NCBI GenBank assembly: GCA_021161765.1
Contig: JAGGZZ010000081.1
Coordinates: 1 to 39,404, forward strand
DNA length: 39,404 nucleotides
Direction: 5' to 3'
DNA from: Candidatus Methanophagales archaeon
GTDB lineage: Archaea; Halobacteriota; Syntropharchaeia; Alkanophagales; Methanospirareceae
A model generated the notes under the pieces. That model worked only from the letters and a program-made list of their open reading frames with translations, did no database searches and was not told where the DNA came from. The position numbers and the translations under genes were made by a program. Below, in pieces: positions 1 to 7,584 of the stretch; position 1 is the first letter of the stretch; every line of letters begins with the position of its first letter.

Positions 1-2
1 AA

Positions 3-608
3 CTCGCATATCAAATCGGTGTCGTGACGAGAGAGGGCTGCGAGCGAGTGATAAAGTTCGCATTTGAGCTTGCGAAGGAGAAAGGCAAGAAAAAGGTGAC
101 GAGTGTGGACAAGGCGAACGTGCTAACGCATGCCTACGGGTTCTGAAGGGAGGTATTTAACGACGTTGCACGGGGATATCCGGGGATATATACCGAGTTT
201 AATTTCGTGGATGCAATATGCATGTGGTTCGTTAAGAACCCTGAATGGTACCAGGTCGTGGTTACGCCAAACATGTTTGGCGACATTATTACCGACCTCG
301 GTGCAATGATTCAAGGCGGTCTGGGGCTTGCACCGGGAGCGAACATAAATCCCGATGGCGTTTCCATGTTCGAGCCGATTCACGGCTCTGCACCGAAATA
401 TAAAGGTAAAGGCGTTTCAAACCCGATAGCCACAATTTGGGCGGGTGCTATGCTTCTGGAGAATATAGGTGAGAAAAGCGCATCACAAAAAGTGTTAAAC
501 GCGATTGAAACGGTCTTGAGGAGGGGAAAGGTGAGAACGTACGACCTTGGAGGTAAATCAAAGACGGGCGAGGTGGGTGATGCAATTGTACGGGAAGTTG
601 GGGGGTAA
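3..608 (+). CDS. 3-isopropylmalate/isocitrate dehydrogenase family protein, C-terminal part (5' end outside window); frame interrupted by in-frame TGA at 144-146
   Basis: The frame-3 translation reads ...[66 protein letters not shown]...[31 protein letters not shown]. These are the KANVL, N-x-FGDI-x-xD and EP-x-HGSAP motifs of beta-decarboxylating dehydrogenases. The ORF track reports only 207..608 because of the TGA. Confidence 0.8.
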
Positions 609-738
609 ACCATTTTGGAGACAAAACCGAAAATCTTTTTATACCTAACGGATATATAATATATGTGGTGAGTAAGTCCTCCCGAAAGGATGATGCCATG
701 TTGACATGGGTGGGAGCGAGTAGGGAAGGGTTCACCAA

Positions 739-750
739 TTTTTTATTTTT
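739..750 (+). terminator. Oligo-T tract (TTTTTTATTTTT), possible archaeal terminator downstream of the dehydrogenase gene
   Basis: The T-run was read directly. It lies about 130 nt after the TAA at 606-608 and is the only oligo-T in that gap. Confidence 0.3.
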
Positions 751-1153
751 AGACTGTGCCTCCCTCGGAAAGGATGCCTGCTGCGATTTGTTCAAGCTTA
801 CGTATTTCGCGTTTCCTGAAACCGATGAAAACACCGCCGAATTTGCCACCCACTAAGGTTCGTGTCTTTTCGCCGCGTTGAAGCACTTTATTGAGTAATG
901 GGTGTAGGATTTGCACCTTATCTTCCTTATCAGTTATAATCAGTATCCCGTTTTCAATTCCTACAATCCAATTAGATGTCTTTGCTTTAGGCGGGATGAT
1001 GCGATTAAGCGTTGGATGCTCGATGTCGAGATGCGTCACGGTAGCTCGTGAATAACCCTTCAGATGGATATAAACACGCGCGTTGGGCAGTTCTTCTGCG
1101 TTGAGGTGAACTTTTGCATTCAGTGGCAGTTTGCCTTCTGCGGGGCCAGTCAT
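749..1153 (-). CDS. Hypothetical protein (134 aa)
   Basis: This is an ATG-initiated ORF with no family recognised. A TATA-like ATTTAAAAT lies about 35 nt upstream, at the end of a degenerate repeat copy. The C-terminal third looks low-complexity, so the 3' end is uncertain. Confidence 0.4.
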   Translation of the reverse strand: MTGPAEGKLPLNAKVHLNAEELPNARVYIHLKGYSRATVTHLDIEHPTLNRIIPPKAKTSNWIVGIENGILIITDKEDKVQILHPLLNKVLQRGEKTRTLVGGKFGGVFIGFRKREIRKLEQIAAGILSEGGTV

Positions 1154-1187
1154 GGTTATTAATTAATGAACTTTGTCACATTTTAAA

Positions 1188-1300
1188 TTTACCGCAGAGA
1201 ACGCTGAATTAGAGGTTTAGTTTATTAGCGGTTCAGCTCGTTAGCTAAACATCCAAACCGCTAAACCGCTATCTTCTGTGAACTCTGCGGTTAATCTGAC
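1188..1300 (-). repeat. Degenerate member of the decamer-phased hairpin intergenic element (copy A1)
   Basis: ATTTACCGCAGAGAACGCTGAATTAG ... CTGTGAACTCTGCGGTTAATCTGAC. The arms share CCGCAGAG/CTCTGCGG and the GCAGATTAAC-type unit. The spacer contains AAACCGCTAAACCGCT. Confidence 0.5.
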
Positions 1301-1440
1301 AATGTCGAGTTAATAAACTATGCTGCTTTGGCAGATGGGACATAACACCAGAAGAGCAGCCCGAATTTAATGACATTTTTGATTTGGCAATAACGTTAGG
1401 GAACGCCCAGTAAATAGTTTACCCATTTTTATAATTATCA

Positions 1441-1556
1441 TAGACACAGATTTCACAGATTTACACAGACGCTACTGTCCTGATTAAATTCAATTAAAAC
1501 TTATCAAAATTTAAACTACTTTAAATCTGTGTTAATCTGCGTTAATCTGTGTCTTT
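1441..1556 (-). repeat. Decamer-phased hairpin intergenic element (copy A2)
   Basis: AGACACAGATTTCACAGATTTACACAGAC, then about 52 nt, then AAATCTGTGTTAATCTGCGTTAATCTGTGTCT. The arms are imperfect reverse complements. Confidence 0.85.
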
Positions 1557-1618
1557 AAAAAAAAAGTTTTACCAAAGAAATATTATACCTTGAATTCTAT
1601 TTATTTTACAGAGAAAAA

Positions 1619-2395
1619 ATGCAGAAAGAGAACAAATACAAAAACATTTTGTATGCTAAGAAAGACAAAGTCGCAACCATAACACTCAACAGGCCGAAAT
1701 CGCTGAATGCATTGAACACGGCTTTATTGACGGAGCTGCGGGATGCGTTGGAAGATGCGGAAACAGATGCCGCTGTGCATACAATAGTAATAACCGGGTC
1801 GGGGGAAAAAGCTTTCTGTGCCGGGGCAGACATAACCGAGCTGGTTGAGAAAAGTCCCAAAGAAGCGAGCGAATGGTCGAGCTGGGCTCAAGGAATAACA
1901 ACATACATGGAAAAGCTGAGGAAGCCGGTAATAGCAAAGATAAACGGATTCTGTTTGGGCGGTGGCTTAGAACTTGCGATGGCGTGCGATCTCAGGATTG
2001 CATCAGAAAAAGCGGTATTTGGTCTGCCGGAGATAAACCTGGCAATTATCCCGGGTGGCGGCGGCACACAACGACTACCGAGATTGATAGGGAAGACAAA
2101 AGCGATGGAAATGTTGATGTGCGGGGAGCACATAGATGCGGAAGAAGCTTTCCGGGTAGCACTTGTGAATAAAGTTGTCCCTGCGGATAAACTCGATAGT
2201 GAGGTGGATGAACTGGTCAAAAGACTGCTTTCAAAAAGTCCTGTTACGCTTGGAATATTAAAGGATGCGGTGAACAGAGGTATAGAAATGGATTTGGAGC
2301 GTGCGTTACAGTATGAAGCGGAATGCTTTGGGCATGCATTTGCAACTGAAGATGCGAGAGAAGGGTTAAAAGGGTTTTTGGAGAAGCGGAAGTAA
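1619..2395 (+). CDS. Enoyl-CoA hydratase/isomerase (crotonase) family protein
   Basis: The 258-aa product has the crotonase-fold pattern, including FCAGADI, GFCLGGGLELAMACDLRIA and GLPEINLAIIPGGGGTQRL. Confidence 0.9.
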   Translation: MQKENKYKNILYAKKDKVATITLNRPKSLNALNTALLTELRDALEDAETDAAVHTIVITGSGEKAFCAGADITELVEKSPKEASEWSSWAQGITTYMEKLRKPVIAKINGFCLGGGLELAMACDLRIASEKAVFGLPEINLAIIPGGGGTQRLPRLIGKTKAMEMLMCGEHIDAEEAFRVALVNKVVPADKLDSEVDELVKRLLSKSPVTLGILKDAVNRGIEMDLERALQYEAECFGHAFATEDAREGLKGFLEKRK

Positions 2396-2399
2396 AACC

Positions 2400-3494
2400 A
2401 TGCCATTAGCGATCTTGTACAGGGATGAATTAAAGGAATATGACTTTGGTGCAGGGCATCCATTCAGGGGAGCGAGGTATGCGAAGTTTTATCGTTTCTT
2501 GAAGCAGAATTTGAGCGATGAGAACTATCAAATCATCAGTGCAGAGCCCGCAGAGGATGAAGACCTGCTTTTAATCTGCCCCCGGGAGTATATTGACTTT
2601 ACAAGGGACTATTACCGGGCAGCGAATTTGGGCTCTGATTACGATGGCAGATTTTATCTGTTTCACAGTGCGGACAATAGACCTATTGGAAGACCAGGGA
2701 AACTGGAAGAAGCTGCGAGGTTAATCGTGGGTCAGGCGAAGCGTGCAGTTGATTTAGTGGAAGGCGGGGAATTCGAGAAAGCCATTTCAATAGGCGGTGG
2801 GATGCACCATGCCAAATACGGTTTTGGCGAAGGATTTTGCATTTATAACGACGTGGCGTTTACCGCGAAATATTTAAAGCAGAAATACGGTTTAAAAAGG
2901 ATATTGATTTTAGATACCGACGCCCATGCGGGAAACGGAACTTCTGAATACTTTTACCATGACCCTGGCGTGTTGTTCATTGATTTGCATCAAGACCCCA
3001 GAACCATATATCCCGGGACGGGTTTTGTATATCAAATCGGTGAGGGAGAGGGAAAGGGATATACGATAAACGTTCCAATGCCAATTGGCGCCGGCTACGA
3101 TTCCTACAAATCGGTCTTTGTGGAAATAATTGAGCCCGTGGTCAACGAATACGAGCCTGAGTTAATCATCCGATATGGTGGCTCTGACCCGTATCTAAAT
3201 GACCAGCTAACGCAGTTGGGACTGCCGATAAAAGGATTCAGGATGATTGGAGAGCACACGAGTGCGATTGCGGAAATTTGTCAGGGGAAGGAGATAGATT
3301 TAATCGCTTCTGGTTACAACGAGGATGCTTTGCCTTATGCATGGCTTGCCTTAATTTCAGGTTTGGCAGGTCTGGAAATGGCGGTAAAAGAGCGTGAACC
3401 AACAGCCGAAAGGGATTTGGCGTCAAAGGATACTGAGAAGGTGGTGATGGAGGTTAAAGAGGAACTAAAGGATTACTGGAAACTTTTTGGTTAG
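2400..3494 (+). CDS. Histone deacetylase / acetoin-utilisation (AcuC) family Zn-dependent deacylase
   Basis: The 364-aa product contains GGGMHHA...GFCIYNDVA, LDTDAHAGNGT and YGGSDPY motifs. The start lies 4 nt after the crotonase stop. Confidence 0.85.
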   Translation: MPLAILYRDELKEYDFGAGHPFRGARYAKFYRFLKQNLSDENYQIISAEPAEDEDLLLICPREYIDFTRDYYRAANLGSDYDGRFYLFHSADNRPIGRPGKLEEAARLIVGQAKRAVDLVEGGEFEKAISIGGGMHHAKYGFGEGFCIYNDVAFTAKYLKQKYGLKRILILDTDAHAGNGTSEYFYHDPGVLFIDLHQDPRTIYPGTGFVYQIGEGEGKGYTINVPMPIGAGYDSYKSVFVEIIEPVVNEYEPELIIRYGGSDPYLNDQLTQLGLPIKGFRMIGEHTSAIAEICQGKEIDLIASGYNEDALPYAWLALISGLAGLEMAVKEREPTAERDLASKDTEKVVMEVKEELKDYWKLFG

Positions 3495-3526
3495 CTGTAA
3501 GGTAATCACGCAATATCTGGGGGTAT

Positions 3527-3618
3527 AAATTCTAAGCACAAAATTCAAAATAAACCTTTCTTTTGGGATTTTGGATTTGGAAATTGTTTAGGATTTGGTG
3601 CTTAGGATTTAGGATTTT
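3527..3618. repeat. Second family of phased inverted-repeat intergenic element (ATTCTAAGCAC / AAATCCTAA units)
   Basis: AAATTCTAAGCACAAAATTCAAAAT ... GGATTTGGTGCTTAGGATTTAGGATTTT. The arms are complementary (TCTAAGCAC/GTGCTTAGGA) and built of 9-10 nt units. It lies between convergent genes. Confidence 0.6.
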
Positions 3619-3625
3619 CCACTTC

Positions 3626-4321
3626 TTATTGAACAGATTCGCTGTAAGCATATATATAGTCGCACTCCTCAAAATTATCCCCTATACTCAAATCGGTCAA
3701 GGAAACGCTATGCACTTGTAATCCCAATCCCTGAAGATACTTCACGAGCTCCTGAACAGATATACCTAAATCGCGGAGCATTGAATGATGAACCTCGCAG
3801 AAAATCTTGATATTCCTCTTATTTCTCCGCAAGGTCTTTTCCGCTCCTTTAAGCACAAATAGCTCACTCCCCTCACAATCCATATTGATTAAATCTATCC
3901 TCGCTACATTCTCTTCCTTTAAAAACGTGTCTATTGTAGTGGTATCGACCTGAAAACCGGGTATGCCCGCCTGGGGAACAGTAGAACTTGCAGCATTGTT
4001 CTTATAGAACTTGGTCGTTCCTATGCGGTCACTCACTGCCAATTGGCGTGTTTTTACGTTTTTTAACCCATTGCGATAAATATTCTCGTTCAGTATATTG
4101 AAATATTCCGGGACAGGTTCAAAGGAATAGAGTGTGCCGCTTTCTCCTATTTTCTTCGCTATCACTACCGTAGTAATGCCCGTATGCCCCCCAATATCCA
4201 TCGCGTTCATCCCTTCTTCGAGAATGGATTCTAAGAATTCAACTTCAGCCCTTTCATGTGGATTATCGCTCAAGAACCTCTTGAATGCGGTTGAATCATA
4301 GAAAAAAAGCTCCAGTTCCAT
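3626..4321 (-). CDS. FkbM-family SAM-dependent methyltransferase
   Basis: The 231-aa product shows DIGGHTGITT (SAM motif I), FEPVPEYFNIL..N and a C-terminal CEVHH-type segment typical of FkbM methyltransferases. Confidence 0.7.
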   Translation of the reverse strand: MELELFFYDSTAFKRFLSDNPHERAEVEFLESILEEGMNAMDIGGHTGITTVVIAKKIGESGTLYSFEPVPEYFNILNENIYRNGLKNVKTRQLAVSDRIGTTKFYKNNAASSTVPQAGIPGFQVDTTTIDTFLKEENVARIDLINMDCEGSELFVLKGAEKTLRRNKRNIKIFCEVHHSMLRDLGISVQELVKYLQGLGLQVHSVSLTDLSIGDNFEECDYIYAYSESVQ

Positions 4322-4327
4322 TTTATA

Positions 4328-4687
4328 CTATTTCTCTTCAAGCATTTGAAGTTTTTCTATCGTTTTCTCAGCAATGATTTTCTCTATATTGAAATGATGC
4401 ATCATCCGGTTAAGGCATTTTTGCTTTTCTTTCGCATTACCAAGATATTTGGCACAAGCGTTCATAAACTCTTTTGTTTTTGCTACGTTTGCGTTTACTT
4501 CGTCCGGTATTTTCTCACTGTCATGTCTCACAGCACCTTCAGCGCATACATCGTGGCATATACCACAATGAATGCAGTTGTCCATGTCTATTTCGGCATG
4601 CTCATTCGCCATATAAATCGTGTCTACTGGACATTCCTCAACACATGTGCCGCAACCTGTACATTCATTTTTATCTACCCAGGGCAT
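4328..4687 (-). CDS. 4Fe-4S dicluster (ferredoxin-type) domain protein
   Basis: It carries two Cys motifs, CTGCGTCVEECP and CIHCGICHDVC, and lies 6 nt upstream of the methyltransferase gene. Confidence 0.8.
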   Translation of the reverse strand: MPWVDKNECTGCGTCVEECPVDTIYMANEHAEIDMDNCIHCGICHDVCAEGAVRHDSEKIPDEVNANVAKTKEFMNACAKYLGNAKEKQKCLNRMMHHFNIEKIIAEKTIEKLQMLEEK

Positions 4688-4742
4688 TTTGTCAATCCTC
4701 CTTTTGTTTTTTATTTATATCTTTCCCTATTTATTCTATATT

Positions 4743-5657
4743 ATGAACCTCATCTCGATATTTGACCTCTCGCGTGCAGAGATAGAAGCGCTAATAGAAA
4801 CGGCGAAAGAGGTGAAAAAAGAGCGAAAAGAAGGCGTAAGAGCGAGGAATGACTTAGAAGGTAAGACATTAGCGATGATTTTCGAAAAGCCTTCTACTCG
4901 CACGCGTGTTTCATTTGAGGTTGCAATGCGTGAGTTAGGCGGGGACGTAACAAGTCTAAACTGGAACGAACTGCAGTTAGGACGGGGGGAAAGGATAGAA
5001 GAAACGGCAAAAGTGTTTTCCGCTTACGTTGATGCAATTATGATAAGAGCGTTTCGGCATGATACGGTGGAGGAGTTTGCGAGACATGCTTCGATTCCCG
5101 TGATAAACGGGTTAAGCGACTTGGAGCATCCCTGCCAGACGTTAGCGGACTTAATGACGATAAAGGAATTTAAGAGCCAACTGGCGGGTGTTAAAGTAGC
5201 ATGGCTCGGAGACGGGAATAACGTATGCAACTCGCTAATTGGTGGTGCTGCGATTACAGGTATGGATGTCTCCGTAGCGTGTCCAGCGGGTTACGAGCCG
5301 GATGAGCGAATAGTAGAAAAAGCGAGAGAGAGGGGGTGTGAGATACTCATAGCGGGCACGGCAGAAAAAGCCGCTGCGGATGCCGATGTGATATACACCG
5401 ATGTTTGGGTGTCAATGGGCGATGAGACAGAAAGCGAGAAAAGGAAGACCGATTTAAAAGATTATCAGATAAACGAGGATTTGGTGCGAACTGCGAAGGA
5501 GGACGTAATCGTGATGCACTGCATGCCGGTGCATATAGGAGAAGAAATAACGGAGGGCGTGATGAACTCCACCAATTCAGTGATATTTGTGCAGGCAGAG
5601 AACCGGCTTCATGCGCAAAAGGCGCTGTTATTGAAATTGTTAAAACACCGGCAGTAA
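4743..5657 (+). CDS. argF: Ornithine carbamoyltransferase
   Basis: Motifs present are STRTRVSFE, HPCQTLADL, DVWVSMG, HCMP and AENRLHAQKA. I chose the start at ATG 4743 (MNLISIFDL...). The longer track ORF from 4620 would overlap the divergent ferredoxin gene and encodes a non-homologous leader. Confidence 0.85.
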   Translation: MNLISIFDLSRAEIEALIETAKEVKKERKEGVRARNDLEGKTLAMIFEKPSTRTRVSFEVAMRELGGDVTSLNWNELQLGRGERIEETAKVFSAYVDAIMIRAFRHDTVEEFARHASIPVINGLSDLEHPCQTLADLMTIKEFKSQLAGVKVAWLGDGNNVCNSLIGGAAITGMDVSVACPAGYEPDERIVEKARERGCEILIAGTAEKAAADADVIYTDVWVSMGDETESEKRKTDLKDYQINEDLVRTAKEDVIVMHCMPVHIGEEITEGVMNSTNSVIFVQAENRLHAQKALLLKLLKHRQ

Positions 5658-5766
5658 AATACTGACAATTGCCCATTATAGACGGGGTGTTTTAGAACTT
5701 TTTAGAAAATCTTTTAAAGACCTTTCTTTAAGAAGTATTCAGAGGCGGATATTATAAGAAAAAAAA

Positions 5767-7245
5767 ATGGGCGCGACAGAAGAGGAGAAAAAGTTTCCTT
5801 TCGATATAAACCCTATGTATGAGGGAGAAAGGGTAAGAAAATCGGGGCTGTATGTGGAGTTAGGAGGACAGAGTAAGCCGGGATTTGAGCTTGTCCTCTT
5901 TGAGCCCGAGCCCGAGAAGATAAAAGACGGGGAAGTCAGTCTGATAGGACCCGACCTGGCAGACATGGAGGAAGGCGGCAAATACGCGTATGGCATGATA
6001 TACCGGGTATATGGGGAGCAGATAGAAAAAGACCTTGAGGCTGTTATAGAGCGTAGAAATCACGAATACCAGTCTTATATTCAGGGATACATGCATCTCA
6101 ACCAGAGGGCTGAGATATGGGTACGGATAAGCAAGGATGCGGTGAAGAAAGGACTGAAATCATTGAAACAAATAGGGAGGGCAACGATAATGCTGTTCAA
6201 GGAGGAACTGCCCTTTATCGAGCGCATGGAAGCTACGTTCATAACGGACGAAGCAGAGGTAGAAAAGAGATTAGAAGAGACGAACGAGATATACAAAGCA
6301 AGAGATGAGAAAACAAGAGGACTGCACGATGAAGACGTGGACGAATTTTATCAATGCACGCTTTGCCAGTCCTTCGCCCCGACGAACGTTTGTGTGGTCA
6401 CGCCGGACAGGATAGCGCTTTGTGGTGCGATGAGCTGGTTCGATTCACGAGCTGCAGCAAGGGTTGACCCCGAAGGACCAAACGCCCCCATCCCAAAAGG
6501 GGACTGTATAGACCCGATAGGGGGGGAATACACGGGAGTAAACGAAGCAGCAGTGAGGCTGTCGAGCGGCGAATACGACTCAATAAAAATACATTCGTTT
6601 TTAGAGAAGCCGCATACGAGTTGCGGCTGTTTCGAGGTTGCGGGATTTTACATACCGGAAGTGGAAGGTATAGGGTGGGTGCATCGGGGGTCGAAAGTTT
6701 CCGAGACGCCGATTGGACTGCCGTTCTCGACCATTGCAGGCTCGGTCGGCGGCGGGAAGCAGGTACAGGGATTCCTTGGGATAGGCATACAATACTTCTA
6801 CAGTTCTAAGTTTATACAATATGATGGTGGCTGGCGGCGTGTAGTCTGGATGGCATCGGATTTAAAGGAAAGAGTAGCGGATGCGATTTCTGATGAGATG
6901 AAGGACAAGATAGCGACAGAGAAGGACGTGAAAGACATAGAAGAGCTTAGAGAATTCCTGAAGCGCGTGGACCATCCGGTGGTGAAAGGAGTCATCCGGG
7001 AAGTTGACGGTGAGCAGATAACAGAGGGATGGGCAGTAAAAGAGGAAGCAGCAGAGGTAGAAGCAAAAGCAGAAGCAGTTCCCGTTGCAGAAGCAGTTCC
7101 ATCCACAGCTCAAGTTCCTCTTGCATCTGTACCAACGATGGCACCAGGAGCAGTAGCGGGGGGCGGTACACCTATACAGATAATATTGAAGGATGCGGAC
7201 ATCAGCATCGGGAAGATAATAGTGAAGAGGAAAGAAGGGAAGTAG
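5767..7245 (+). CDS. cdhC: Acetyl-CoA decarbonylase/synthase complex beta subunit
   Basis: The 492-aa product contains the A-cluster region (CTLCQSFAPTNVCVVTPDR...HTSCGCFE) and an Ala/Val/Pro-rich C-terminal tail as in methanogen CdhC. Confidence 0.9.
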   Translation: MGATEEEKKFPFDINPMYEGERVRKSGLYVELGGQSKPGFELVLFEPEPEKIKDGEVSLIGPDLADMEEGGKYAYGMIYRVYGEQIEKDLEAVIERRNHEYQSYIQGYMHLNQRAEIWVRISKDAVKKGLKSLKQIGRATIMLFKEELPFIERMEATFITDEAEVEKRLEETNEIYKARDEKTRGLHDEDVDEFYQCTLCQSFAPTNVCVVTPDRIALCGAMSWFDSRAAARVDPEGPNAPIPKGDCIDPIGGEYTGVNEAAVRLSSGEYDSIKIHSFLEKPHTSCGCFEVAGFYIPEVEGIGWVHRGSKVSETPIGLPFSTIAGSVGGGKQVQGFLGIGIQYFYSSKFIQYDGGWRRVVWMASDLKERVADAISDEMKDKIATEKDVKDIEELREFLKRVDHPVVKGVIREVDGEQITEGWAVKEEAAEVEAKAEAVPVAEAVPSTAQVPLASVPTMAPGAVAGGGTPIQIILKDADISIGKIIVKRKEGK

Positions 7246-7387
7246 AGAGGATGAGGGGGAGGAGAGGTGAAGGGACAAGGGAAAAGTTCGTACGTAGTAA
7301 ATTATGTTTAGAAATCTTTCATAGTTTAGTTCCTGAATTGAGAAAGTTGCCTAAAATTCCAAACTCATGCCATAAGAGGTAAGAGAT

Positions 7388-7546
7388 ATGAAGAAAGACA
7401 CTAAGACATTCGTAGAACATATATGGGCGTGCGTTGAGTTGATTCACGAATACTTTGGAATAGATTTGGAATTAACGTGGGCGGTCGTTACAAGAGACAT
7501 TCCGGATTTAAAGGAGAAAATGTTAAGAATGCGAGAAGGATTGTAA
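7388..7546 (+). pseudogene. Internally deleted HEPN (DUF86/HepT-like) remnant, 52 codons
   Basis: The translation is MKKDTKTFVEHIWACVELIHEYFGIDLELTWAVVTRDIPDLKEKM.... It joins a DUF86-like N-terminus directly to the C-terminal (L)IHEYFG-D-x-x-x-W...D-x-P-x-L segment. The Arg of the R-x4-6-H motif is missing. Confidence 0.45.
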
Positions 7547-7584
7547 ACATATAAAAAGAGAAGCAAAACAAAATAAAAGGAGCG

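Noticed and set aside
144-146. TGA might be reassigned to Trp genome-wide.
   Set aside because: TGA clearly terminates rps24e (ATGA overlap with rps27ae) and rpoE' in this window, so a global reassignment is unlikely.
610-738. A structured small RNA might lie in the 130-nt gap between the dehydrogenase stop and the oligo-T tract.
   Set aside because: Only short 4-5 bp hairpins are visible, with no conserved motif. The region partly overlaps the 3' end of the minus-strand ORF 749..1153, and the evidence is insufficient.
1300-1413. An open frame without a start codon ends ...WDITPEEQPEFNDIFDLAITLGNAQ* between repeat copies A1 and A2, possibly the 3' fragment of a gene cut by the repeat.
   Set aside because: It is only 37 codons, has no start, has no recognisable family, and cannot be distinguished from chance without a homology search.
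1441-1556. The inverted repeats around an A/T-rich spacer could be a replication origin (ORB elements).
   Set aside because: There is no orc1/cdc6 gene nearby. The units do not resemble ORB or mini-ORB consensus sequences, and the same structure recurs at least 10 times within 39 kb.
4620-4742. A longer N-terminal extension of argF (track ORF start 4620), and likewise GTG 27584 for rnz, GTG 31164 for the PRC-barrel gene and the 10812 start for the zinc protein.
   Set aside because: The extensions are non-homologous or hydrophobic junk, and they overlap the neighbouring divergent gene or a palindrome. Internal ATGs with better ribosome-binding sites match the conserved N-termini.
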